In this document: positions 1 through 20,376 of the stretch, piece after piece | How the letters are laid out: the number at the start of each line of letters is the position of its first letter | Numbering within the stretch: the stretch's first letter is position 1 | Source of the DNA: the human T2T-CHM13v2.0 reference genome, Homo sapiens | Direction: 5' to 3' (one strand) | NCBI RefSeq assembly: GCF_009914755.1 | Contig: NC_060927.1 | Length of the DNA stretch: 64,000 nucleotides | The notes under the pieces: model-generated | Seen by the model: only the letters and a program-made list of their open reading frames with translations | Told to the model about the DNA's origin: nothing | The model's database searches: none | Program-made: the position numbers and the translations under genes

Positions 1-85
1 TCTTGAACTCCTGACCTCAGGTGATCCACCTGCCTCGGCCTCCCAAAGTGCTGGGATTACAGGTGTGAGCCACCGTGCTTGGCCT
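1..85 (-). mobile_element. Alu (partial, window edge)
   Basis: Reverse complement of the Alu 5' end. Confidence 0.9.
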
Positions 86-878
86 AACTTTTGACATTTA
101 TCTTTTTTCTTTATCTGTGTTATGGGTCTTTATATTCTGTGCTTCAATTCGGGCCCTCCCATTTCTTGTGGGAATCACTTCAGGAGTCTCCCATACTGCT
201 TTATGGCTCCCAGGCCCAACACTCTCTTCCCCATAAGCCTTTGCATATGTTGTGCCCTCTGCCAACAAACTTCTTCCTTTTCCATTTTTGTCTCCAGTCA
301 ACTTCTATTCTATCTTTTCATATTCTTTAAAGGAATTCAAGCATGGCCGCTTGGAAAAGCCATTCCAGACTCACCTTCAGACTAGGTTACCCAGCCCTCT
401 TTGGGGTCCCCACAAGTACTCTGTCCACATCTCTATTCCAGCTCCATCAGTAGGGTGATTAAAGGTTTACTTATCTGTCATTTCCTAATTTTGAGTTCTC
501 TGAGGCAAAAGTTGATATCATTTCTTTAATATAGCATCTGGAATACAATTCGCTATAGGTTTATGTAACAAATGAAACAATAAATAAATATTGCATTTCC
601 TCTACTACACAGTCAAGGAAGTATGTCTGTTTCATCTTTGCATTTCAGCACCAAGTGCAGGACCTGGTAAAAGGTAGATGCTGAACAGTGTACTGAAAGA
701 ATGAATAAATTCACGATATAAAAGAGAATTTGTCACTTAAGTCACCTGGGGGAACATTGCCTTCTTTGGTGAGGAGACACCCTTAGACAAAGCTCTAATG
801 AGGCTAACCAGCCACTCAAGCAGAAGGCAGCCACACTAGACATCTGGTTTCATTTCCTTTTACAAATTCTGTTGAATT

Positions 879-1165
<287 letters not shown>

Positions 1166-1684
1166 ATTCTATTGAATTATAATGGAAAGCAACTGTTCCC
1201 TCCACCTCCACCTGTCCACAGACAGCCTTGCTCCTCAAAGGCAATTCCACCTGACTTCTGCCGGCCCACACTCCCTTTCTTTATGCTTTATGCTCTCTCC
1301 ACAGTGGCCCTCTCTCAGTCTCTTGTAATCTTTATGTCTCCTTCCACCCATCTTCTCTGGGAGCAATGCATTGGCTTGTGATATTTGGAGGTAGCCTGGG
1401 ATCCAACCAGCTCCCTGAGATTCCCCAAACTCCATTGTCAAAGTTGAGTGGTCTGGATGTAGCACAGAGCTGATGGACCTGAGGGGCCTTGGCTAAAGGA
1501 GATGGGGAATGACTTATCAATGGTGACCAACCAGGACCCAATGATGTTTCAGCAGAGGCCAGAGTGCACATACGACAGTCTCTCCCCATCAATCTCACCA
1601 GGTTGACTCAAACTGACTTCAAAGACAAGAGAAGGAGCAATATAAGAAGAAAGAACAGTTATCCTTCTTGAACTTTTCGTCAAT

Positions 1685-3018
<1,334 letters not shown>

Positions 3019-3507
3019 TCTGAAATAACAGCCCTGGGCAAAGGCTCTTTGGCAGGAGTTGGTAAGGCAAGGGCAAGACAGAGGAAGAAGCTGTGACCAG
3101 AGCTTAGTATCTTGTTCAATTGAGTGATTGTGTGAGATGATTCCAAATTGTATCTCTTTGCTACTGGGAATGATAGTTACTGGCGATTTCCAGGGTAAGA
3201 TGTTCTAGGATCAGGTACACATTGCGCACCATCTCCCAGCACAGCTCTCTCCACAGGCACCCTCCTCTTTCAGGTCTCTGTCCAAATGCCACCTCCTTAA
3301 CCAATCTTCCCCCACCTCATCTCATTCAGCTTTTTAATTTTCTTCATATCACTACTGCAATCTTTTCTTTTTCCAAAAATTGTTTTTAAAAAAATAAAAC
3401 CACGAAATATATATAAAATAATATTTACAAAATATATGTATGGCATGAAAAGTAACGACGCAATAAACATTCTCACATTTACTCCCCAATCCCTCCCCTG
3501 CGTCTGA

Positions 3508-3931
<424 letters not shown>

Positions 3932-4034
3932 TATCATTCTCTTTTCAATATAGTTTTACCCTGTATAAGGTAGGACTATATTATTTTTACTCCTAAATAA
4001 TACATTGTGTGTTTTTCCATATTTTAAAACTTTA

Positions 4035-4688
<654 letters not shown>

Positions 4689-4869
4689 TCATTCTCAATG
4701 GTTCCCCCCCGCCCCCAGATTGAACTGTTATTTGTAGCTCTAATTCTTTCATTTTCCCTGCTATAATATATTCTTCTATATGCATTTACTCTCATTTTTT
4801 TTTAAATCTACTCTTCTGTTTATGGACAGGTTATTCCTGCTTTCTGCCATTAAGAACAATGTTGCGTTA

Positions 4870-7125
<2,256 letters not shown>

Positions 7126-7325
7126 AAGTGCTGCCATTAACATTCCATCCATATTTTTTGATGCACACGCGCAAGCTTCTCCAGCATATTCCACCGAATG
7201 GTGTTGCAGATTCATAAGGTGTGCACATCTTCAACCTGACTAGCTATACAGTTTACAAAGTGCTGACATCCTTATTAATTTTATTTTTGCACTGTCTTTT
7301 TCTCTCACTAAAATTTAAGGTTGGG

Positions 7326-7477
7326 CAGTGCTATTAAAAGTGCGGCCCTTGGGCCCGCAGCATTAGCCTCATCAGGGTGCTGGTTAAACACACAAATCGT
7401 CAGACCTCCACCCCAGACTTTCTGAATCAGAAACTCTGGGGGCACAGCCCAGGAATCTTCGTTTTCACAAACCTCCA
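7326..7477 (+). mobile_element. MER5A-like hAT-Charlie MITE, 3' truncated
   Basis: cagtgctattaaaagtg...ccaccccagactttctgaatcagaaactctgggg...aaacctcca. Confidence 0.75.
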
Positions 7478-7648
7478 AACGAATATAAAGATCGTAGATT
7501 ATATAGACCGTAGGGCCGATGTATATAATCTATTAGGGCCGCGTCGGCCTTGCAGGCGGGTCTCCAAGTGAATGAGCGGCAGAGTCCCATCATGCGCATC
7601 AGCCTGCGTGAACCAGTGCGCAGCGCGCCTTTCCCGGGCACCCTCTAG

Positions 7649-8365
<717 letters not shown>

Positions 8366-8701
8366 TAGCCCCGCCCCTGCGCCCGGGGCCGCGTTGCCCC
8401 TCCAGTTCTAGACCTGGCTCCCTCCCATCCAGCCCTGCCAAAGGTCTCCTCCAAGTCCTGCCTCCTTCTTCATCTCAACTAGAGATGAAAATGCCTTTCT
8501 TGAAGGGTAACTCTAAGGTAGAGAATACGTACACAGAACGCAGTACAGCGCCAGGCACCCAACAAAGTGCCTGATAAATGTTCTCTGTTATTTGAGGGCA
8601 GACGCCTCTTTTCTGTATATACCATTAAAGTCGCCTTTTTTCTCAAGTGAGCGGTGACTTGCGATAATAAAGCAGAAGACCTGAGGAGCCGACAAGTACC
8701 T

Positions 8702-9002
8702 TTTATTTTTATTTTTTGTTGAGACAGGGTCTCACAGTCGCCCAGGCTGGAGTGCAGAGGCGCTATCATGGCTCACTGCAGCCTTGACCTCCTCAGGCTC
8801 AGGTGATCCTCCACCTCAGCCTCCTGAGTAGCTGGGATTATAGGCGCGCGCCACCACACCTAGCTAATTTTTTGGTATTTTCTGTAGAGACAGAGTTTCG
8901 CCACGTTGCCCAGGCTGATCTCGAACTCCCGGACTCAAGTGATCCTCCCACCTCGCCTCCCAGAGTTCTGGGATTACAGTCGTGAGCCATTGCACCCAGC
9001 TG
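8702..9002 (-). mobile_element. Alu (J-like)
   Basis: Antisense Alu in intron 1. Confidence 0.88.
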
Positions 9003-10094
9003 ACTAGTTCCTTTTAAAGAGGATGAAATTGAGGCCAGGGAAGGGCAGGGACTCCTTGCAAGGACACATCCCTGCTTAAAGGGGAACTCGTGCACCGTGA
9101 GTCATCAGGATTGGCCCTCTCCGCTGTTTCTCTCTTTCATCTAGAATTTAACACAGTTCACTGCCTCCTTTTAATGGCTGCTTAAGTTCTCTCTGTGATT
9201 GCTGGCTAAAAATAGCCACAAATTGCAGTTCTCTATCCTATGGGTTCTCACTCCGAGGACCCACAAGTTTTAAGAATGGTTAGATTCCCTGTCACTAGAT
9301 AAAGAGGCTCTAGCTTGGTGGGTCCTCACAGGGTTTGGCTAAAAGAGCCCTCTCAAAGCCCAGTTTCTACTTTCTCTGAGAAAGATTTTAAAAGGAATAT
9401 ATTGTGTTTTTTAAAATTACTACAAAAATAGATTCATGGCATATCCTAGACTCTTGAGGTAGAAGGTTTTTGTTTTTAAACTTTGTTTTCAGTTTCTGGA
9501 CTGCAAGATCTGTTTTTTCAGATTTCCACCGAGACAGAGCCACGTGTATATTGTATTTATATGAGCAATAAAATAACACAAAACCCCAAAGAGGGGAAAA
9601 GCTGGGTTACTTCTATACTTCTATGCTTAGTTACAGTTTTATTTAAAGTATCAGTTTTGTGAATGTTTGTTCTGGCAATTAAAAAAAAACAGTTTTAAAA
9701 CAGAAGCAGGGAATGAGATTAATAAAATTCCAGAATGTTGAAAATGAGGGCTGGTTCATACAAAGCATCATTTTTTAAGCTAAAAATGACTTATCTAATT
9801 CTTTTTTTGTATAGCTTTTGGCAAATATGTTCTGAACCAAATTTAGGTCACATAATCAAGAGGAAATCATTTTATTTTTAAACCTAGAGAATACTAGAAC
9901 CTCTGATTTCTTTAATATACAGATGAATTTGAACAAGTGTTACAGGGAAGAGGGGAAGAACATTTTACTCAATGTGACCAAAAGGCATGGGTTTTCTCTT
10001 TCATCATGGTGGCCCCAAAAGGTTAGGATGGTCATAGCTTCTCTTCAAAACCCTTTACAGGTCTTGTAACAATCACTTAGTTGAAAGTCAGTAA

Positions 10095-10428
<334 letters not shown>

Positions 10429-10579
10429 TAACATTTTGAGATCTCATATAGGGCAGGAAAAAGCTAAGAATTTTATTAATAAACGTGAATGTTACTTAAT
10501 TGTTTCAATGGAAGATATAACTGAAAAAGTAATTTTTGGTGGAGATATTGTATGGTGTATTTTTTCTCAATGATGTTTA

Positions 10580-10872
<293 letters not shown>

Positions 10873-11664
10873 GTGATGTTTACGTGTTTAAACTCTGTTT
10901 ATGGATAGAGAGGAAAAGATGGGTGGCAGGCACATACATTCTACCTGGCACCTGAAGGCTGGAGGTCGATATGAAGGTAGATAGTGCGCTGTGGCAGGAC
11001 ATGGATAAATGTTACTCTGCTGTTCTGAGTTGCAGTTCTCTGTTTCAGTGATTAAGGAGAAATGCCTCAATTGATCACTGGAATAGCAATGGTGGGTTCC
11101 GACTGCCAGAGGGAGGCGAGGAGGTTTGGATGTGTGCTCTTGTAGAAAAGGGCTGTGCTACTGGTGTGCAGCCTCAAGTGCATCATAGGTTTCTCGTCAC
11201 CAGCCTACTCTAGGTCCATGTCATTAGCTTTCTTTGGGTTCTCTCCACAATTACCATCTTCCACGAAAAACTCATTTTTCTCATAGGCCAAGCAAAAAGT
11301 AGGCCGGAGCACTTCATCAAATCCTTAATGACTGTTGAGCTCTAACCTGGACAGAGAACACTGACTCACAGGCACTGTTAACCCCAGGCCTTGCCTGGCT
11401 GTGGCCTCTAACTCCCCGGAACCACAGGGCCTGCCTCTGTGTCATGGCTGATTTAGGGTGGCTCATGCTGGTGGCTGTATCTCAGGAACCCAAGGCAAGG
11501 TGGTTCCCTCCATCCCTACCACCTTCTCCAGAATCTGCCTGGGGTCTGTCAGAGGTTTGGTAGCCAAGATGTGTCTCCATGTTCCAGCTGCAGAGCCTGA
11601 GTTGAAGTAAATAAAATCACTCTTTTCTCTTCAGGAAGAGATTCCGTTTTGTAAAACATCCTAA

Positions 11665-12015
<351 letters not shown>

Positions 12016-13006
12016 TCTGTGCCCCTCTTTCTAAGTGCTGTTCTGAGAATTAGTGACTCTAATTTCACTGGCAAATGCTTTAAAAGGCAGCATTCATACC
12101 CTCTCCCTTCCTTCCAGCTGAAGACTAGCCTTTTTCTGGCCAGGAGTGTGAAGCTTTCTGTAGGGCTGTTTTAAAGGCAGCCCTGCCACAAGCCACTAAT
12201 TGGCATTCCCAAAACATCAGCATTGACATCTGGGAGTCTGCCCTCATCACCACCCACCACTTCTCTGATGTGGCCACTGCCATTGTCTCAAAATGACTTG
12301 GTTCCAATTCTGGGGCAATTCGGTACCGATATATGCCATCCTATGACTCTTAGAAGTCTAGGGTATACCAAATATTCCTTTATTTTCTCTGTCTAAACCG
12401 AATTCCCTAATTCCCGCCTTGGAGCGTCCCTCTGGATTGGCTGAGTCTCTGTGCACATGCACAGGTGCCTGCCCTTCTCCCTACTAGGTTGTGCCAAGAG
12501 TCCATCAGCATGGGGGCCCTCTGGTTGGTGGTCATGAGTCCTCACAGGGAGGCCTCTGCATCCTTATTTGCCTGCCCTCCTGAGGTCCTGCCATAACATA
12601 CCTGTTCTTCCTGAGGACTTCTGCCGTCTTGAACACTGCCGATAAGTGCCAGCCCTGAAGCTCCGGGGCCCACAGCCCTGCTGCTCTCACAGATCCCAAG
12701 GGAAACTTTTTTCCTAGCCTGGGAGATTCCCTTTCTCCCTCTTCTTCTCCCAGGCCAGTCAGCTTCTTCCTGCAGCTCCTCTCCAATTTCTTTCTCCCCT
12801 CAAACCTGTCAGGCTCTTTTGTGAGTGCAGGCTTTTTTCAAGTGAATAATTTGCTGGTTCTGACCAGATATCTACCTCCCCTGAGACAGTGAAACTCAGA
12901 ATCATTGGCCCCTTCAATGGAGAGAAGACAGAGGGGAAAAGAGAGGAAAATGTGAATTAATTTTATTATATTTTATGGTCATAATGTCATTATGTTCAAA
13001 TCACAG

Positions 13007-13079
13007 ATACTTATTGTGTCCTGCCTTGTCCTGAGGACTGTGTGAGGCACCAGGAATCCAGATAATGAATGACACACAG
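13007..13079 (+). other. Latent 73-nt pseudo-exon in CRTAP intron 1
   Basis: Acceptor tcacag| at 13001-13006; inactive donor CAG|ctgggt at 13080. Confidence 0.8.
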
Positions 13080-13414
13080 CTGGGTCCCCCGAGGATCATA
13101 GTCTGATGGGGGAGATAGACGTACCACTGAGATTGTAGGGTGGCGTAAAATGCGGGAAGACAGAACCCAGAACTAGCCCAACAGAGAGGCTCTTAATTGA
13201 GGCCACTAGGAGACAGGGAGAACTTAACAGAATATATGGTCCATGCAGGTGGGGATTTTTTTTTCCTGTTTTGCTTATTGTTATAGACCCACAACCTAGA
13301 AATGGTGCTCTTGTAATATGACGTTTATTGCTGCATGAATGGATGAATAAGTGAGGAGGTGGTGGAGTCATTGAGAATGTTAGCAGAAGGTCTGTGGGGG
13401 ATTTGGGAAAACAA

Positions 13415-13908
13415 TATATTTGTCAAGGTGCCAGTGGAAAAGATATGGTGCAGTCATATTGGGTAATTGGAGGAAAGTTTAAGAAGGTGGTTATTTACAA
13501 AGGTGTGTGCAGTGCATGGGGAATCCACAAGAGATAGTGTTCTGCCACAGGGGTGATAGCAGTGGGATATGACCAACCCTAGGCCAAAAGGGGCAGGGGA
13601 GAGAGCAGTGATTGAAACCGGGAAGGAGGGAGACTCTATGGAGAGGGTCACCTTGAGAAGAACTGTGATCTTCAATTAAGGGACATAGCAGCCCAAGAGG
13701 ACTGTGCAGGGAGGGAACCAGGAAATGAAATAACATGACCTTACTCTCTTCCCTTCCTCAGTCATCTACTGGGGCTCCTCATGGGTGAACCTCTTTGGAA
13801 GCCAGAGAGCGAGGGAGTCTGTTGTTATAGTCCACACAGGCCAGCCTCCTGGGGCATGTAGCCAGTGCAGAGTAGATTGGGAAAGGCAGACCGAGGCCAT
13901 CCAGACAG
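13415..13908. mobile_element. Old ERVL-class LTR (LTR40/41-like)
   Basis: tgggtaattggaggaaagtttaagaaggtggttatttacaaaggtgtg resembles the consensus as I recall it; subfamily uncertain. Confidence 0.45.
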
Positions 13909-14100
13909 TCGCTTTCAGGAAATCAGCACTTGTCTCACAGTGCCTGGACTTGGTCTTGAGGGGCCCTGGAAGTCATGGAACCTTTAGCTGGAAAAGTTAT
14001 AGCAACACAAAGTTTCTGAAGGACTAAGCAGATATTCTTGTTTTACAAAAATTACCACTTAGCATCCATGGAGTAGCTTTTATGTTCTTTGTCCTTTTAG

Positions 14101-14295
<195 letters not shown>

Positions 14296-14882
14296 TAAAG
14301 AAATGTCTCTCCATAAGCAGCTGCTGATAGCTAAGGACCTCTAGTGATTTTTGGTGACATTTGCTGAATATTATGACAATAGAAATGATTGACTTTTAGC
14401 ACAAAGTGATCCATTTAATAATGATATTTTGTATGCCGTGATGATTTTAAAAGCCATGTTCCCTTTAAATGCTACATTTTAGAAATATGGTCATTTAATT
14501 ATTTAGTTTTAAGAGGGTAGATTAAAGACATATCTTGGAAATCATCTAAAATGACCAGGAACACAAGAAATAGAAACATAAATCTCCAGTTTTGATGAAA
14601 TGAGAAGGCATATATTTTTATACACACTTGCACACAAACGCACCCTAAATATATTAAGGTAGAAAATGAAGACGAGTTAGGAAGGCTGATGTGACAGAGT
14701 AGAGGACACTTAAATCTGCGCATCTACGAAGAAGAGTTTTGATGAGAATTAGTCGTAAGAACAACAATAAGAAAGAACGATCTCGCCCTTTTGAGCACTC
14801 ACTATTGTCAAGGTCTTCTGGAACTCAGGCACTGGGGGCCTGGGTTTCAAGCAAGGGCAGGGCATTGTTGAAAATGGGAATT

Positions 14883-15177
14883 TGGCTGGGCACAGTGGCT
14901 CATGCCTGTAATCCCAGCACTTTGGGAGGCCGAGGCGGATGGATCACCTGAGGTCAGGAGTTTGAGACCAGCCTGGCCAATATGGTGAAACCCCGTCTCT
15001 ACTAAAAATACAAAAATTAGCTGGGCATGGTGACTCAGCATGTCTGTAAACCCAGCTACTCGAGAGGCTGAGGCAGGAGAATCACTTCATCCCGGGAGAC
15101 AGAGGTTGCAATGAGCTGAGATTGCGCCACTGCACTCCAGCCTGGGCGACAGAGCGAGACTCTGTCTCAAAAAAAAT
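14883..15177 (+). mobile_element. Alu (S-like)
   Basis: Full sense Alu in intron 2. Confidence 0.92.
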
Positions 15178-16184
15178 GAAAGAAAATGGGGATATGTGGA
15201 AAATATCCACTAGAAGTTATAGTTCCCAAGGCCTGACCACAGGGTTTTCTGTAGAGTGATCAGATCTCAGGCTCACTTTTTGACTGCTAGGGAAAATGTA
15301 TGTGTGGAAGTCTCTTTTTGGGGGTATCTGTCAGTTTTCCAGGGAAGACTTCACCAGCCTTCTGCAGGGCTGGTGGGGTGCGCATACTCCTCTGCTGGTG
15401 TCTGAGAACCAGTGTGGGGAGAGGGACAGGGTCACCCAGGTGAGTAGGAATACTTCACCTGCTTCCTGATTTTAGCCTCATGCCTCCACTTGGCCTCTGC
15501 TACGTCTGGTCCCTGACTCCTCAGCCTTTATGGGTAAAGTCTCTAGAATAAACTGCCACTCTCTGGTGAAGAGTGGCTTTGGGAGATATGATCTCTTGGG
15601 TGGGTGGGTAGGTGCTGGGAGCGGACCCAGGACCCCAACAGCCTGTTCAAACTTGCAGCCCTGCTTCTAGCTCCATGCCTTACCCCAGCCTCCCGTGGTC
15701 CCTCATGCCTGCGCATGCCAATGGGACATATAGCTTGCTTCCCCTCTGGCCCCTCCTTTGTGACTATTTCACTTCCTGCCTTTCCAAAAGTTGTTGAAAT
15801 CTCATCTGCTGCTTGCTCCCTTCCCATTCTCCCATAAAAGCAATTTATGCCTTTCATAGTCTTCACTGTTGTTTTCATAGGGTTTGGGGAACGAAGCCGA
15901 GTGCGTGTGGTCAGTGCCCTGGGCTTATCTGGAATTCAGCTAGTCCTGTTGGCCCTCACTGGAGCCCTTTTGGGGTGGCTGTGCTGCCCTCCTGTGTGAT
16001 CAGGGGCCTCCTCTTTCTGCTTGGTCCTTCTTGCTGCTGCTGCTGCCCCGCTGCTTCTGCAGAACCAGCTGTCTGGAGTTGGCTACTTATTGACCCATTC
16101 TTCAGGAAAGGCTCCTTCAGTTCTCAGCCTGTCTTATTTCCAGGGCATGTGGCCTACCCAGGAGGTTTAAGAAAATCCACCCTC

Positions 16185-16495
16185 GGCCAGGCGCGGTCCT
16201 CATGCCTGTAATCCCAGCACTTTGGGAGGCCAAGGTGGGTGGATCACGAGGTCAGGAGTTCAAGACCAGCTGGGGCAAGATGGTGAAACCCTGTCTCTAC
16301 TAAAAATACAAAAAAATTAGCCAGGCGTGGTGGCAGGCACCTGTAATCCTAGCTACGCGGGAGACTGAGGCAGAGAGAATTGCCTGAACCCAGGAGTTGG
16401 AGGTTGCAGTGAGCTGAGATTGCACCACTGCATTCCAGCCTGGGCAACAGAGCAAGACTCTGTCTCAAAAAAAAAAAAAAAAAAAAGAAGAAGAA
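16185..16495 (+). mobile_element. Alu
   Basis: TSD aagaaaatccac. Confidence 0.92.
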
Positions 16496-16724
16496 AATCC
16501 ACTGTCTTTACCTGAGGCCTTAAGCTTGGTGAAAATTCTAGGTCTAAGGGGTGCCCTCAGATACCACCATTCCAGAGCAGCTGAGAACTCCAAATGGAGG
16601 GTCCCATGCTTATTCAGGGCCTGTCCTGGCCTCTGCAAGTTAGCAGGTTTTTTGTGTATCCAGGATCTCTACTTATTTCTTGGAGACCAAGCTACTTCCT
16701 TGGTCCTAGTTTATTTCTCTCTCT

Positions 16725-16843
16725 CTTTTTTTTTTGAGATGAAGTCTCGCCCTGTTGCCCAGGCTGCAGTGCAACGGCACGATCTTGGCTTACTGCAACC
16801 TCCACCTCCTGGGTTCAAATGATTCTCCTGCCTCAGCCTCCTG
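16725..16843 (-). mobile_element. Alu right-arm fragment
   Basis: Truncated antisense Alu. Confidence 0.8.
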
Positions 16844-17002
16844 TTATTTCTCTTCTAATCGAGTCTAATCAACAATTAGCAGAAAGTCCTTGAAGTTTCC
16901 ACTATCTGGCATGTGGTTGCCCTTCCTAGTAACTAGTGCTGATGCATGGTGGCACTTCTGTTTAACTGCATTGTCGGAGGAAGTGGGGTGACAGACACCT
17001 GC

Positions 17003-17634
17003 TGATATGGTTTGGATCTGTGTCTCCACCTAAATCTCATGTCCAGTTGTAATCCCCAGGGTTGGAGGTGGGGCCTGGTGGGAGGTGACTGGATCATGGG
17101 AGTGGATCCTTTATTAATGGTTTAGCACCATCCTCTCTGTGCCATTCTCATGATAGTGAGTGAGTTATCATGAGACCTAGTTGTTTAAAAGTGTGTAACA
17201 CCTCCCCGCTCTCTTTCTTCCTTCTTCTCTGGCCATGTGAAGTGCTGGCTCCCTGTTTGCCTTCTGCCGTGATTGTAAGTTTCCTGAGGCCTCCCCAGAA
17301 GCAGAAGCTGCTATGCTTCCTGTATAGCCTGCAGAACCATGAACCAATTAAACCTCTTTTATTTATAAATTACCCAGTCTCGGTTTTTTTTTTTTTTTTT
17401 TTGACAGAGTCTCGCTCTGTCACCCAGGCTGGAGTACAGTGGCACAATCTCAGCTTACTGCCACCTCCGCCTCCTAGGTTCAAGTGATTCTTGTGCCTCA
17501 GCCTCGTGAGTAGCTGGGACTACAAGCATGTGACTACACCTGGTAATTTCTATATTTTTAGTAGAGATGGGGTTTCCCTATATTGGCCATGCTAGAGGTA
17601 TTTCTTTATAGCAATGTGAGAACAGACTAATATA
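17003..17634 (+). mobile_element. MST (MaLR) solo LTR with an internal truncated Alu (~17383-17595)
   Basis: Starts TGATATGGTTTGGATCTGTG and ends gaacagactaatata. 5-bp TSD CCTGC at 16998-17002 and 17635-17639. Confidence 0.88.
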
Positions 17635-18106
17635 CCTGCTCTCAAACTTACATTTTTCTTTTCGTTCCATTTTAAAAACCAGTTTTATTGAGGTACAATT
17701 TATATACAATATATTTATCAATTTTAAGTGTATAATGCAGTAAGTTTTGACAAATACATCCAGTCCTGTAACTGCCATCATAGTTACGACATAGAATATT
17801 TTCATCACCCCTGAACAATTTCCTCTTGTCCTTTTGTAGTCAAGTTTTTGCTGTAACCCCTGACTTCTGGCAGCCACTGATCTGATCTCTGTCATAGTTT
17901 TCCCATTTTCCTTAATTCAGATTATTATCAAGGGCCTGCTACTTTTTGAATTGAACTAAATAAGAAATGTACCCATCATAAGCAAAGTAGAAAAATCTAG
18001 ATATAAAGTAACTCACTGATTGACTTCTTCAAGGGCCAGTGTGGCTTCTTCAGAGCTAATGAGAGCTAGCTTGGTGGTGGTCTTGGTTCCCTTTGAGATT
18101 TCATGA

Positions 18107-18340
<234 letters not shown>

Positions 18341-20376
18341 TAGGTCAATAGGCTCACTACTCCCATGGAATAGTCTTCCTTAGATGTCTGGTTTCTGCCT
18401 GCATGCCTGCTAGATGCCTGGAGCAGCCTCTGAGGAATTTTTGAGCATACTTATTAACGGGTAACTGAGGGTAGTCACCACCTGCATAGATAAACCTTTG
18501 ACTTGGCAGGGGCTTCTAGTGAAATCACTGAGAGAAGGTTCAAGCACAGGCCTGCCAAGGTAGAATTCTGTGTCTGCCCTACTTGCTTACAGATTTCCTA
18601 CAGTCATTTTGAAAAACAAAAATGGGCCCAGGAGCACCTCAGTGACTCACATTACTGAGATAACTTTGATGATGGCAATTTTCCAACACATACAAAGGTA
18701 GAATGAACCTTTAAGTGGCCATCACTAAGGTAGCTTTTTGAAATTTTCTTTTCTGATTATAAAACAATGTGTGCTCATTATAGGAAGTTTGGAAAACACA
18801 GAAAGGAAAAATGAAGAAAGGAAGAAAATGTAAAACTCTACACATAGGTAGCCCAGATTTCTCTATAGTGCCTAGACATTTCCCAAGTGCTTTACTGGGC
18901 AGCATCACTCCAGAAACTGGGAAATGGCTAAGGGAAGCTCTTTCCCAAAGTGGTTTGAGAACACTGATCCTAGAACTGTGCCTTCCTGAAAGCACTAGAT
19001 AAGTAAAATCTGGACTGTACCTTGGATAAAGGTATCATGTCTATGTACTTGTAAATAAGTCTGGGAATGGGCTGAGCACTGACTGCATCTCCCACTTGAA
19101 GAATCATTGTGCACTTTAATGGTTAAAGGCCCTTAGAAATCCTGCAGTAGAGAAGCTCTTTTAAAGTTATTGAATCCAGCGTTTTCGGTTTTGTTTTTTT
19201 TTTTCAGTCACTTTTTATTCATTAATCTCTTTCTACAAAGTAGGTTTTTTTTTTTTTTTTTTTTTTTTTGCCTTAAGAAAACTTCTTGTTATGGAAAATT
19301 TCAAACATACACAAAAAACAGAGAGAAGAGTAGATAAACCACCATGTACCCATGACCCAACTTCACAATTGTCAACTCATGGCTACTTGAGCTTCCTCTA
19401 ATTCCCACCTACTTTTCCTCTCATGTTATTTTGAAGCGGATTCCAAATGCCATATTATTTCATTTGTAATATTTCAGTATATACCTTTAGAAGGTAAGGA
19501 CTCTTTGTTTTTTAAACATAACACCAAACTATTACCCCTGTAAGAATTTTAACAATCATTCTTTGATCTCATCATTAAATACCTAAACAGTGTCCCAATC
19601 ATTTCAGAAATGTCATAAATACATGTGTGTGCCTTTAATTTACCATTTGTTTGAATCAGGATCCAAATAAGGTCCATCCATTGCAATGGGTTATCTCTTG
19701 AAAATTTTTATTGTGGTAAAATATACGTTAATATGAACTTTATTATTTTAGCCATTGTTCAATGTACACTCCAGTGGCATTGACTACATTCACATGATTG
19801 TGCAACCATCAGCACCATCCATCTCTAGAACTTTTTATGTTTCCCCAAATTGAAACTCTGTATGCGATAACTCCCCATATCCCCTTCCCCGCAGCCACTG
19901 GCAACAACCTTTCTACTTTCTGTCTTTGTGAATTTGACTACTCTAGATACATCACGTAAGTGGAGTCATACAGTATTTGCCTTTTTGTGACTGACTCATT
20001 TCACTTGGCATAATGTCCTCGTTTCATCCATATTGTGGCAAGTTGGTTATCTTTTATGGCTCGTTTAATCCATAGGTTCTTCCGCCATATCTTTTCCCCT
20101 TTGCTATTGAAGAACCTGCATTTTTTGTCCCGTAGAGATTCCCATGGTCTGGGTTTTGCTGACTGTATCCCCATGTTCCTCTGTCTTCTGTATTTCTTGT
20201 AAATCGGTAATTGGATGTAGAGGCTTGAACAGGCTCGGTTTGATTTTGTTTTAGGGTTTTAAATTTTGGTGGGAGTCAACTGCTTCATAGTTGATGCTGA
20301 GTTCTTTCATCAGGAGGCACATAATGTCTGTGGTTTCTCTCCATCTATCTTTGATACAGCTAAGATATATATGTAT

